Of a stretch of 64,000 nucleotides of DNA, positions 45,573 through 54,036 are shown one piece after another. The stretch's first letter is position 1. Each line of letters opens with the position of its first letter. The notes beneath the pieces are model-generated. The model was not told where the DNA came from. It made no database searches and saw only the letters and a program-made list of their open reading frames with translations. This stretch comes from an uncultured Thermoanaerobaculia bacterium (GTDB taxonomy: Bacteria; Acidobacteriota; Thermoanaerobaculia; Gp7-AA8), in assembly GCA_964558905.1 (NCBI GenBank), contig CAZLGP010000178.1, positions 44,339 to 108,338 on the forward strand, read 5' to 3'. The position numbers and the translations under genes are program-made.

Positions 45573-46742
45573 ATGACGCGGCTTCGGCCCGCGTCGCGCG
45601 GGTGTACCATGCGGGCCGTGCCGCCCGAGTCCAACCTGAGGAACGTTCTCCGCAACCTTCTGCAATACGGGGACTTAACCTTTCGCGACTTCGTCGAGCT
45701 GGCGCTGTATCACCCTGACTTCGGGTACTACGCGCGACACGAAAATCCGATCGGGAAGGGGGCGGATTACGTCACCGCTCCCACGCTCAGCCCCGTTTTT
45801 TCGTTCGCTCTCGGCAGCCTCGTCCGCGAGTTCGTGCGCCGCAGCGAGGGCGCACTGTGCTCCATCGTGGACATCGGATGTGGCGATGGCGGACTGATCG
45901 AAGCGCTTGCCCGTTGCCCGTTGCCCGTTGCCAGTCCGGTGAGATTTCTCGGAGTCGATCGCGAGCTGGGTCGTGCTGCGCCTGGCGACGCGACGCCTGG
46001 ACGACTCGTCGACTACGTCCGCACGGTCGACGAGCTTCCTCGTGACGGCGCACATCTCTTTCTCTCCAACGAGTTGTATGACGCGTTCCCGTTCGCCCGC
46101 CTGGTCCGTCGCGGCGAGCATGTGCACGAGCTCTGGGTTCGAGAGCGCGATGGAGCTCTCGACTGGACGGAGCGTGAGGCGCCGGCCGCATACGACGACT
46201 ACTTTGCCGATCACCGGATCGAGTTGGCCGAGGGTCAGTTCGCGGACGTCTCGCTGGAGTGGGAGGCGTTTCATGCCGATGTCGTGCGATTTCTGCAGCG
46301 CGGACTGATCGTCACGATCGACTACGGCCATCCTGCAAAGACGCTTTTTCATCCGCGCGCCCGGCGCTTCGGAACCGCGGCCGCCTACGCGGGCCAGCGC
46401 GTGTCGCGCGATCTTCTGGCGAATCCCGGCGAGCAGGATCTCACGGCGCACATCAACTTCAGCGACCTCGAGCGCGCCGGCGAGCGCCACGGCGCGACGA
46501 CGCTCTTCTTCGATCGTCTCGCGAAGTTCCTTCTGTCCCTCGGCATCGCCGAGCACGAGCTCTTCCGTCCCTTGCACGAGATGACCATCGAGAATCCGGA
46601 ACAGGGGCTGGCGCTCAGGGAGGCGCGGGAGGAAGCGCGGCGGCTCGTGCTGCCTGATGGGATCGGCGAGGAGATGCGTGTGCTGGTCCAGGCGAAGAAC
46701 GTCGAGCTCGCCGGCTGGTCATTCCAGACGTGGCCCTCGTAG
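45573..46742 (+). CDS. SAM-dependent methyltransferase, MidA/NDUFAF7 (DUF185) family
   Basis: FVELALYHPDFGYYA...GKGADYVTAPTLSPVFSFALG, SAM motif IVDIGCGDGGL, FLSNELYDAFP, DLTAHINFSDL, all typical of the MidA family. Alternative start at 45609. Confidence 0.8.
   Translation: MTRLRPASRGCTMRAVPPESNLRNVLRNLLQYGDLTFRDFVELALYHPDFGYYARHENPIGKGADYVTAPTLSPVFSFALGSLVREFVRRSEGALCSIVDIGCGDGGLIEALARCPLPVASPVRFLGVDRELGRAAPGDATPGRLVDYVRTVDELPRDGAHLFLSNELYDAFPFARLVRRGEHVHELWVRERDGALDWTEREAPAAYDDYFADHRIELAEGQFADVSLEWEAFHADVVRFLQRGLIVTIDYGHPAKTLFHPRARRFGTAAAYAGQRVSRDLLANPGEQDLTAHINFSDLERAGERHGATTLFFDRLAKFLLSLGIAEHELFRPLHEMTIENPEQGLALREAREEARRLVLPDGIGEEMRVLVQAKNVELAGWSFQTWPS
45907..45932. repeat. Family C heptamer array (TTGCCCG x3) inside the MidA CDS, single arm
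   Basis: ttgcccgttgcccgttgcccgttgcc. Three 7-nt units make 21 nt, so the frame is kept. Encodes LARCPLPVA directly after the GCGDGG SAM-binding loop. Confidence 0.8.
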
Positions 46743-46748
46743 CCCTGC

Positions 46749-46876
46749 GCGAGCGCAGCGAGTCGAAGGGCCAGGTTGGCACCTACGCCGAGCGAAGCCC
46801 AGCGTAGCCGCACGTTCAGCGACGTTGGCGCGCGCTGCGTTGCTGTTAACGTGGCTCCTCGACTCGCTGCGCTCGC
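46749..46876. repeat. Long-range inverted repeat (family E-like sequence flavour)
   Basis: gcgagcgcagcgagtcgaagg (46749-46769) pairs with cctcgactcgctgcgctcgc (46857-46876), 18 of 20 bases. The interior contains gagcgaagccc, reminiscent of the E arms. Lies between the MidA stop (46742) and the M15 peptidase start (46944). Confidence 0.6.
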
Positions 46877-46943
46877 TCGGAGTCAAACCAAGAACGCTGA
46901 AACGCTTTCGACCCTGGCTGCACTACTCGAACGGAGACCCAAG

Positions 46944-47813
46944 ATGCGATCCGCTTCGAGATGGCTGCCGACTCTCACCTTCGCGGCTCTCCTGTGCGCG
47001 TCCTGTCGCTGTGCGCCGCTGTCGCAGGCCGGCAACACGGCGACGGACGCGCCGCCTTCGGGAGATGACCTCACCGAAACCGCGTCGGAGGGCATCCGGA
47101 TCGTGGTGAAGACCCCGAGCGCCGACGACCGCACGCCCATTGCCTCGCGCTCGTTCGTCTCGACCGATCGCGTCGCGCTGATGTGCGAGGATGCGGAGGC
47201 CGTGTGGAAGCTCGACGAGGACGGATCCGACGGGACGCTCGATCCGGCGTCTCACAGCGGGCCCCTGTTCGAGATCGCCTTGCGGCCGAAGCAAGTCAAC
47301 GGAGCCCGACCTCGCCCGCTGAAGTACTCCGTGCTCGCGTCGGTAGGAGATCGCGCCACGACGCTCGTGCTCGAGCAGGATCCGATCGACACGATCCGCC
47401 AGCAGTACATCGACATGGCCAAGCGGCTCACGCCCTCGCGGTCGGAGTTCCTCAGGGGCGGGCGCAGCCCGCGCGGCTACTTCCGCTTCGCGGAGATCCA
47501 GAGCCGCGACGGCGCGCCATGGGCGGTGTTCACCGCGCTCGACCAGCTCGACCAATGGCGCGAGAACTACGGCGGACCGCTGAAGGTGAACCGCGGCTTC
47601 TCGACGCCGCGACACAACGCGAAGATCAAAGGTGCGGCGAAGAACAGCCAGCACCTCTACGGCCGGGCCGCCGACATCGATTCGGACGCGAGCGACTGGC
47701 ACGCCAAGCGCGACGCCGCGCGCGACGCCGGCGCGTGTCTGGAGCCGCTGGCAATCTCCGGATATGGTCACGTGCACGGCGATTGGAGGGAGCAATGTCC
47801 GCCAGGATGGTGA
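46944..47813 (+). CDS. Peptidase M15 (D-Ala-D-Ala carboxypeptidase / YcbK-like) family metallohydrolase, lipoprotein-like
   Basis: GGAG upstream of ATG 46944. MRSASRWLPTLTFAALLCASC. Zn motif SQHLYGRAADID (H-x6-D) and C-terminal GYGHVHGDW. Confidence 0.7.
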   Translation: MRSASRWLPTLTFAALLCASCRCAPLSQAGNTATDAPPSGDDLTETASEGIRIVVKTPSADDRTPIASRSFVSTDRVALMCEDAEAVWKLDEDGSDGTLDPASHSGPLFEIALRPKQVNGARPRPLKYSVLASVGDRATTLVLEQDPIDTIRQQYIDMAKRLTPSRSEFLRGGRSPRGYFRFAEIQSRDGAPWAVFTALDQLDQWRENYGGPLKVNRGFSTPRHNAKIKGAAKNSQHLYGRAADIDSDASDWHAKRDAARDAGACLEPLAISGYGHVHGDWREQCPPGW

Positions 47814-48568
47814 GGTGTGCGTTCCTGCTGATCGTCGGGTTCGCAGCGTCAGCCCAACCGGTGATCACGCGCCATCAGGGACTCACCCACGTGCGTCCCG
47901 TCCAGGTGATCGACATCCCGAACGAGAAGCCGTTCCCTCCGCCCGCCGATCCGGCCGCGGATGCGCGTTGGCAGCAGGGGTGGGAGTCGCGGGCCACTCG
48001 GTTCGAATCGATCCGCGACAAGCCGACAGACGCGGGCAAGCTTTGGGCGATGCAGACGCTCTATCTCGAAGCGGCATTCATGCAGCGCCACTTCACGCGC
48101 ACGGGAGAGCCGCTCGGCGAGGACTACGGCGCGTACTACATCGACCTCGGCTTATTCGTGACTGGACTCAAAGATCCGCGCTCGATCGAAGCCCTCGCGG
48201 TGGCCACGGACATCGCCCCCTCGGTCTCCTCCACGCTCGCTGAGTTCGGGGATCCCGCCGTCGAGGCCGTCGTGCGAACGCTGAACAACCCCTTCCTCCG
48301 CGAGAGTGGCGCATTCACCCTCGGCAAGTTTCTCCAGGGGTCGAACGAGCGGCGGATTCGGGTCGCGCCGGCCAAGATGCAAACGATCCGAGGCGCGCTG
48401 ACGAAGGCCGTCGTCAACGGAACGCCGCAGTTGCAGAAGAACGCGGTGCGTGCGCTGAGGCACGTGAGGCTGACCGAGGACGAGAAAAAGATCCTCCGGA
48501 GCGTGGAGAGGAATACCAGGACGACGCCTGCCGTGAGAGGCGAGATCCAGCGCTCCATTCGACCGTGA
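47795..48568 (+). CDS. Hypothetical secreted protein, HEAT/ARM-like helical repeats
   Basis: GGAGGGAG upstream of ATG 47795. Overlaps the upstream gene by 19 nt. Signal peptide MSARMVRCAFLLIVGFAASA. Helical, with no catalytic motif recognised. Confidence 0.5.
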   Translation: MSARMVRCAFLLIVGFAASAQPVITRHQGLTHVRPVQVIDIPNEKPFPPPADPAADARWQQGWESRATRFESIRDKPTDAGKLWAMQTLYLEAAFMQRHFTRTGEPLGEDYGAYYIDLGLFVTGLKDPRSIEALAVATDIAPSVSSTLAEFGDPAVEAVVRTLNNPFLRESGAFTLGKFLQGSNERRIRVAPAKMQTIRGALTKAVVNGTPQLQKNAVRALRHVRLTEDEKKILRSVERNTRTTPAVRGEIQRSIRP

Positions 48569-48601
48569 TCCAGCACGTGGGGCGGCCGTGACGTTCCTTC
48601 C

Positions 48602-48629
48602 TTGACTCTTCGGGTTCGCCGGCTAGAAT
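48602..48629 (+). promoter_or_regulatory. Candidate sigma-70-type promoter of the nuo operon
   Basis: TTGACT (48602-48607), 16-nt spacer, TAGAAT (48624-48629), 41 nt upstream of the nuoA ATG. Confidence 0.5.
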
Positions 48630-48669
48630 GGCCGGCGGTCTGTAGAAGTCCTGTCGAGCGAGCGATCCA

Positions 48670-49029
48670 ATGGCCAACTACTCAGTGTTGCTGGTAGCCG
48701 TGCTCATCGTCCTCTCCGTCCCGATTTTGGCCCTGTTCATCATCGCCCCGCTGGTGCGGGCCTCGCGAGTGAACAAGGTGAAACTCGAGCCGTATGAATG
48801 CGGCATCGCTCCCACCTCCCTGGCCTTCGATCACCGCTTCTCGGTACGCTACTTCCTCATCGCGGTCCTGTTCATCATCTTCGATGTCGAAACGGTGTTC
48901 CTCTTCCCCTGGGCGATCCGCTTCAAACAGCTCGGCTGGTTCGGGGCCATCGAGATGGCGATCTTTCTCGCGATCCTGCTGATCGGTTACTTCTACGCCT
49001 GGAAGAGGAAGGTCCTTTCATGGGTCTGA
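48670..49029 (+). CDS. nuoA: NADH-quinone oxidoreductase subunit A
   Basis: Three TM segments. KLEPYECGI and [21 protein letters not shown] are the NuoA/ND3 signature. Confidence 0.95.
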   Translation: MANYSVLLVAVLIVLSVPILALFIIAPLVRASRVNKVKLEPYECGIAPTSLAFDHRFSVRYFLIAVLFIIFDVETVFLFPWAIRFKQLGWFGAIEMAIFLAILLIGYFYAWKRKVLSWV

Positions 49030-50045
49030 TCGAGGACCGCTTCGAGTCGAACGTTCTCACCACGAACGTCGACAAGTTCTTCAACTGGGCCCGCAAATCT
49101 TCCCTCTGGCCGATGCAGTTCGGCCTGGCCTGCTGCGCCATCGAGATGATGGCCGTCCTCGATCCCCGTCACGACATGGCCCGCTTCGGCGCCGAGGTCT
49201 TCCGCGCCACGCCGCGCCAGGCGGACCTGATGATCGTCTCCGGCACGGTCACCGAGAAGATGGCGCCGATCGTCCGCCGGCTGTGGGACCAGATGCCGGA
49301 GCCGAAGTGGGTCATCGCGATGGGCTCGTGCGCCACGTGCGGCGGTCCGTACGACACGTACGCCGTCACGCAGGGCGTCGATCGTCTCATCCCCGTCGAC
49401 GTCTACATCCCCGGATGTCCTCCACGTCCCGAGGCGCTGATCTGGGGACTGATCGAGCTGCAGAAGAAGATCGAGAAGATGCACATCCTGCGGAAGGGCG
49501 GCGAGGCGTATGACTTCGCCCGGGCCGCGGTGCGCGATTCACTCCGCCCGGCGCATGAGGGTCCGGCGCTCCGCGCCGAGCAGGCGGCGGCGACGCAGCT
49601 CAAGCAGGCGCCGATCTCGGGGGTGAAGCGCGCGCCCGCGCCGCCCTCGGCGCCCAAGCCGGCACCCGCTCCCGCCGCCGCGGTCGCGGAAGCATCCACG
49701 GTGTCGGAGGCGGAGATCCAGCAGGCCGCGGCTCCGGAGATCCCGCTCGAGCAGGAGGCCGAGACGGGGGCCTCTCCCGCCGTGCCATTCCATCGCGACG
49801 ACCTCACGCTTCCCGAGCGCATGGAGATGGCCAAGGAGATCGGCGACAAGTGGGAGACGCGGCTCTTCGCCGCCATGGCGCAGACGGACTGCGGCGCGTG
49901 CGGATGGGACTGCGAAGGCTACGCGAACGCGCTCGCCACCGCCGAGACCGACGATATCTCATTGTGCGTCCCCGGGGAGTCGGAGACGCTGGACATGCTG
50001 AAAGCACTGATGGAGGAGAAAGGGAAGAGCTACTCGGGAGGATAG
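49020..50045 (+). CDS. nuoB: NADH-quinone oxidoreductase subunit B with a ~180-aa C-terminal extension ending in a 4-Cys domain
   Basis: ATG 49020 overlaps nuoA by 10 nt. Core motifs [23 protein letters not shown] (cluster N2 ligands) fall within aa 1-160. A Pro/Ala-rich linker follows, then [35 protein letters not shown] (Cys291, Cys294, Cys298, Cys316). Confidence 0.9.
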   Translation: MGLIEDRFESNVLTTNVDKFFNWARKSSLWPMQFGLACCAIEMMAVLDPRHDMARFGAEVFRATPRQADLMIVSGTVTEKMAPIVRRLWDQMPEPKWVIAMGSCATCGGPYDTYAVTQGVDRLIPVDVYIPGCPPRPEALIWGLIELQKKIEKMHILRKGGEAYDFARAAVRDSLRPAHEGPALRAEQAAATQLKQAPISGVKRAPAPPSAPKPAPAPAAAVAEASTVSEAEIQQAAAPEIPLEQEAETGASPAVPFHRDDLTLPERMEMAKEIGDKWETRLFAAMAQTDCGACGWDCEGYANALATAETDDISLCVPGESETLDMLKALMEEKGKSYSGG

Positions 50046-50139
50046 TTGGATCGTTGCCCGTTGCCAGTTGCCCGTTACCAGTGCTGTTTTCGCCCGCGCG
50101 AGAAACGCACTGGTAACTGGTAGCTGGGAACCAGCAACT
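50044..50139. repeat. Family C hairpin, copy C4, in the nuoB-nuoC junction
   Basis: agttggatcgttgcccgttgccagttgcccgttaccagtgc (50044-50084) pairs imperfectly with gcactggtaactggtagctgggaaccagcaact (50107-50139). The loop has its own small stem (gttttcgc / gcgagaaac). Confidence 0.75.
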
Positions 50140-50141
50140 CA

Positions 50142-50966
50142 ATGTCAGAGCAAACTCCCCCAAGCCCAGCGCCGCCACCGGCCGCACCCGCCGGCCGCAG
50201 CGTCGACGAACTGAAGCGCGACCCGCTCGTCGCGGCTGCCGTCAGTCGTGTCGACGATGCGGTCCTCGGCGCGAAGGAGCTCGCCGGCGAGATCACGCTC
50301 TTCTTCGACAGAGACCGCATCGTCGAAGTGGCCCGCGCCTTCAAGGACGCCGGCTTCGTTTATCTGGTCGATCTCTGCGGCGTCGACTATTCGAAGTATC
50401 CGGGCCACACCGGTCTGCGGTTCAGCGTCTCGTACACCCTGTACTCCTTCCAGCAGAACGCACGCGTCCGCCTGCGTGTCTGGACCGATGAGAAGTGGCC
50501 CGTTCCCTCGGTGACGTCGATCTGGCGCACGGCGAACTGGCACGAGCGCGAGACGTACGACATGCTCGGCATCGAGTTCTCCGGCCATCCGAACCTCGAG
50601 CGCATCCTGATGTGGGAAGGCTTCAACGGCCATCCCCTCCGCAAGGACTTCCCCGTCCGCGGCATCGACACCGGCGCGCGCATCTACCCCGAGGTCTTCC
50701 CCGAGGGTGGTGGACCGAAGGCAGGATCGACCGGCAAGGACGTGAAAGACGTCAATCTCTACAAGGGCGAATGGAAGCGATACGGCCAGTGGCCCGTCGC
50801 CCAGATCGGCGGCGGAGGAAACGGCGGCGCAAAAGCGCCTGCACCCGCCCCGAAGCCCGCGCCGAAGCCGGTTGCAGAGGCTCCCGCGGCGCCGAAGCCG
50901 GTGGCCGCCGCCCCCGCCGAGGCTGCGCCGCCCACCGAGCCAGATGTGGAGGAGGAGACCGAATGA
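50142..50966 (+). CDS. nuoC: NADH-quinone oxidoreductase subunit C with Pro/Ala-rich C-terminal tail
   Basis: WRTANWHERETYDMLGIEFSGHPNLERILM...HPLRKDFP is the NuoC/30-kDa signature. Tail: GGAKAPAPAPKPAPKPVAEAPAAPKPVAAAPAEAAPPTE. Confidence 0.95.
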   Translation: MSEQTPPSPAPPPAAPAGRSVDELKRDPLVAAAVSRVDDAVLGAKELAGEITLFFDRDRIVEVARAFKDAGFVYLVDLCGVDYSKYPGHTGLRFSVSYTLYSFQQNARVRLRVWTDEKWPVPSVTSIWRTANWHERETYDMLGIEFSGHPNLERILMWEGFNGHPLRKDFPVRGIDTGARIYPEVFPEGGGPKAGSTGKDVKDVNLYKGEWKRYGQWPVAQIGGGGNGGAKAPAPAPKPAPKPVAEAPAAPKPVAAAPAEAAPPTEPDVEEETE

Positions 50967-50976
50967 AGCCTCTTCT

Positions 50977-51009
50977 CCCGCCAACCGCCAACCGCCAACC
51001 GCCAACCGG
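50977..51009. repeat. Family D heptamer array (GCCAACC x4), single arm, in the nuoC-nuoD junction
   Basis: cccgccaaccgccaaccgccaaccgccaaccgg. No complementary arm seen nearby. Followed by GGGAGG (51012-51017) and the nuoD GTG at 51024. Confidence 0.85.
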
Positions 51010-51023
51010 CCGGGAGGTGGCTC

Positions 51024-52139
51024 GTGTTTGACGTCCATGAAATGGAGGTCAACTTCGGTCCGCAGCATCCGTCGACGCACGGTGTGCTGCGCGTCATCCT
51101 GAAGATCGACGGAGAGCGCATCATCGACGCAAAGCCGATCATCGGCTATCTCCATCGCGGCACGGAGAAGCTCTTCGAGCACATGGCCTATCCGCAGTGC
51201 ATCCCCCACACGGACCGGATGGACTACGTCGCCTCGGCCACGAACAACCTCGGCTTCGTCGAGGCGGTCGAGAAGCTGATGGGGATCACCGCGAACATCC
51301 CGAAGCGAGCGCAGCTCATGCGCGTGATGTTGTCTGAGCTGCAGCGCCTCTCGTCGCACCTGTTGTGGCTCGCGACGCACGCCATCGACCTCGGGGCCAT
51401 GACGCCGTTCTTCTACACGTTCCGCGAGCGCGAGCAGATCCTCGATTTCTTCGAGTCCTATTGCGGCGCGCGTCTCACGCTGAACTGCATGCGCATCGGC
51501 GGCATGCCGGACGATCTGCCGCACGGCTGGCTCGAGGACGTCGAGGCCTTCGTCGACAAGTTCGACGCCTGCATGGACGAGTACGAGGCCCTGTTGACGA
51601 ACAACCGCATCTGGAAGAAGCGGACCATCGGCATCGGCGTGATCTCTCCCGAGGAGGCCATCGACTGGGGCATCACCGGACCGCCCCTGCGCGGGTCGGG
51701 CGTCGAGTGGGATCTCCGTCGCGCTCAGCCGTACGAGTGCTATCCGGAACTGCAGTTCGAGATCCCGATCGGCAAGAACGGCGATACCTACGATCGATAT
51801 CTCGTCCGCATGGAAGAGATGCGGCAGTCCAACCGCATCCTCAAGCAGTGCTTCCCGCTCGTCCGCGCGACGCCGGAAGGCGACATCAAGGCGAAGATCT
51901 CCAAGGTCATTCGTCCGCCGGAAGGCGAGGTCTATCACTCGATCGAGTCGCCCAAGGGTGAGCTCGGCTACTACATCGTCAGCGACGGCAAGACCCAGAA
52001 CGCGTATCGCTGTCACGTGCGGCCGCCCTCTTTCGTCAATCTGCAGGCGCTGCCGGCGATGGCGAAGGGGCACCTCGTGTCGGATCTCGTCGCCCTGATC
52101 GGGACGATCGACATCGTCCTGGGGGAGGTGGACCGGTGA
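51024..52139 (+). CDS. nuoD: NADH-quinone oxidoreductase subunit D
   Basis: GTG start with GGGAGG 6 nt upstream. NFGPQHPSTHGVLRV, GYLHRGTEK and C-terminal DIVLGEVDR. Confidence 0.95.
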   Translation: MFDVHEMEVNFGPQHPSTHGVLRVILKIDGERIIDAKPIIGYLHRGTEKLFEHMAYPQCIPHTDRMDYVASATNNLGFVEAVEKLMGITANIPKRAQLMRVMLSELQRLSSHLLWLATHAIDLGAMTPFFYTFREREQILDFFESYCGARLTLNCMRIGGMPDDLPHGWLEDVEAFVDKFDACMDEYEALLTNNRIWKKRTIGIGVISPEEAIDWGITGPPLRGSGVEWDLRRAQPYECYPELQFEIPIGKNGDTYDRYLVRMEEMRQSNRILKQCFPLVRATPEGDIKAKISKVIRPPEGEVYHSIESPKGELGYYIVSDGKTQNAYRCHVRPPSFVNLQALPAMAKGHLVSDLVALIGTIDIVLGEVDR

Positions 52140-52144
52140 GGCGA

Positions 52145-52247
52145 AGTGCTGAGTGCTGTGTGCTGAGTGCTGAGTCCCGCCCACCGGGGCGCGAATCGAC
52201 CACGGCTCGGAGAGCCACTCAGCACTCAGCACTCAGCACCCAGCACT
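52145..52247. repeat. Tandem-repeat-armed hairpin, family A, copy A3, in the nuoD-nuoH junction (opposite orientation to A1/A2)
   Basis: agtgctgagtgctgtgtgctgagtgctgagt (52145-52175). The loop starts cccgcccacc. Right arm actcagcactcagcactcagcacccagcact (52217-52247). Confidence 0.9.
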
Positions 52248-52275
52248 GCACGGCCGAGGCGATGGAGGCGAGTTC

Positions 52276-53412
52276 TTGAACGAAGCGTTGATGACATACC
52301 TGATCTGGCCGGTCGCGAAGTACATCGCGGCGTTCGTGGTCGTCCTCACCATCGTGGCGGTGATGACCTGGATCGAGCGCCGCGGGTTGGGCCTGATGCA
52401 GGCCCGGCTCGGTCCGAACCGCGTCGGCCCGCAGGGTCTCCTTCAGATCATCGCCGATCCGGTGAAGCTGCTCCTCAAGGAAGACATCCTCCCCGCGCGG
52501 GCCGAGAAGGTCGCGTACTTCCTCGGACCGATGCTGCCGATCGTTCCGGCCCTGATCGTGTGGTGTCTGATTCCGTTCGGCCCGCCGCCGGATTTCGCGG
52601 TGACGCGGGTGAACGTGGCCCTGCTGCTCATCCTGGCCCTCACCTCCACGTCGGTCTACGGCATCATCCTCGGCGGCTGGGCATCGAACAACAAGTACTC
52701 GCTGATGGGCGGGCTGCGCTCGGCCGCGCAGGCGATCTCCTACGAGGTGCCGTTCGGGCTGTCGGTCATCGGCGTGCTGATGATCACCGGCAGCCTCGAT
52801 CTCGTGCAGATCGTGCGGTATCAGGAGGCCAACGGCTGGAACCTCCTCACGCAGATCGTGGCCGCGTTCATCTTCTTCGTGTCGATGAACGCGGAGAGCA
52901 ACCGCACGCCGTTCGATCTTCCTGAAGCGGAGTCGGAGCTCGTCGCCGGCTACCACACCGAGTATTCGGGGATGAAGTTTGCGTTCTTCATGCTCTCCGA
53001 ATACGCGGCCATGCTCGTCAACTCCGCCCTTCTGGTGACGCTGTTCTTCGGAGGGTGGTCGCTGGGGATGTTCGGCTTTGGGCTGACCACAGAAGTCATG
53101 GCCGGTATGGGCATCATGGGTGGCCTGCTCGGGGTGCTGATCTTCCTCGGCAAAGTGATGTTCTTCATGGTCGTCTTCGTCTGGTTCCGGGCGACCTTCC
53201 CCCGGTTCCGCTTCGATCAGCTCATGGACCTCGGCTGGAAGTTCATGATCCCCCTCGCGCTGGCGAACATCTTCGTCACCGGGATCTTCATTCTCGCTGG
53301 CCAGGAGCGGCTGATGACATGGGTCGGCCTCGGCACGATCGCCCTCATCGCGTTCTACCTCTTCCGGCCGAAACGCGTACCGGCGAAGCAGAAGGTGGCT
53401 CATGCAAGTTGA
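52276..53412 (+). CDS. nuoH: NADH-quinone oxidoreductase subunit H
   Basis: TTG start with GGAGG 7 nt upstream. ERRGLGLMQARLGPNRVGPQGLLQ, ESNRTPFDLPEAESELVAGYHTEYSGMKF. Confidence 0.95.
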   Translation: MNEALMTYLIWPVAKYIAAFVVVLTIVAVMTWIERRGLGLMQARLGPNRVGPQGLLQIIADPVKLLLKEDILPARAEKVAYFLGPMLPIVPALIVWCLIPFGPPPDFAVTRVNVALLLILALTSTSVYGIILGGWASNNKYSLMGGLRSAAQAISYEVPFGLSVIGVLMITGSLDLVQIVRYQEANGWNLLTQIVAAFIFFVSMNAESNRTPFDLPEAESELVAGYHTEYSGMKFAFFMLSEYAAMLVNSALLVTLFFGGWSLGMFGFGLTTEVMAGMGIMGGLLGVLIFLGKVMFFMVVFVWFRATFPRFRFDQLMDLGWKFMIPLALANIFVTGIFILAGQERLMTWVGLGTIALIAFYLFRPKRVPAKQKVAHAS

Positions 53413-53965
53413 GTATCCGAAGCCGAGGTGGTCGGAGAAGTTCCTGCTCCTGGACCTTCTCGAGGGTCTGAAGACGACGCTACGCGAGCTCTTCAAGCCG
53501 AAAGTGACCATCCGCTATCCGGAAGAGCGGATGGAGCCGGTGGACCGGTTCCGGGGCATGTTCAAGTTCTCCTATGACCGTTGCATCGCCTGCAAGCTCT
53601 GCGCGGTGGCCTGTCCGATCGACATCATCTACATCGACGTCCACGACGACATGATCGAAGAGGGCGGAAAGAAGAAGAAGGTCAAGGTCCTCGACCGCTA
53701 CGACATCGACGTGAAGCGCTGCATGTTCTGCTCGCTCTGCGAAGAAGCGTGTCCCACGAAACCGAAATCGATCTGGCTCACCACCAAGACCTACGAGTTG
53801 GCGAGCTACGACCGCAACGATCTCTATTTCAACATGCAGCAGCTCGAGTATTGGGACGACCGTCCTAAGTACACCGGGCTGCCGGACGACGAAAAGCCGG
53901 CCATCGACGATGCCCGGCTGCTCTCGGATGGGAGCAAGGATGAAGGAGGAAGGATGAAGGGATGA
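53402..53965 (+). CDS. nuoI: NADH-quinone oxidoreductase subunit I (2x[4Fe-4S])
   Basis: CIACKLCAVACP and CMFCSLCEEACP. Overlaps nuoH by 11 nt. The last ~10 codons (SKDEGGRMKG) lie in the family G repeat arm. Confidence 0.95.
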   Translation: MQVEYPKPRWSEKFLLLDLLEGLKTTLRELFKPKVTIRYPEERMEPVDRFRGMFKFSYDRCIACKLCAVACPIDIIYIDVHDDMIEEGGKKKKVKVLDRYDIDVKRCMFCSLCEEACPTKPKSIWLTTKTYELASYDRNDLYFNMQQLEYWDDRPKYTGLPDDEKPAIDDARLLSDGSKDEGGRMKG

Positions 53966-54022
53966 ATGATGCAGGCCGGCCGCGGAGCGATCCGTCCTTC
54001 CGCCTTCATCTTTCGACCTTCA
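53936..54022. repeat. Family G hairpin (AAGGATG-type units), copy G2, spanning the nuoI 3' end and the nuoI-nuoJ junction
   Basis: aaggatgaaggaggaaggatgaagggatgaatgatg (53936-53971) versus tccgtccttccgccttcatctttcgaccttca (53991-54022). Confidence 0.7.
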
Positions 54023-54036
54023 GTTTTCCCTGAGCA

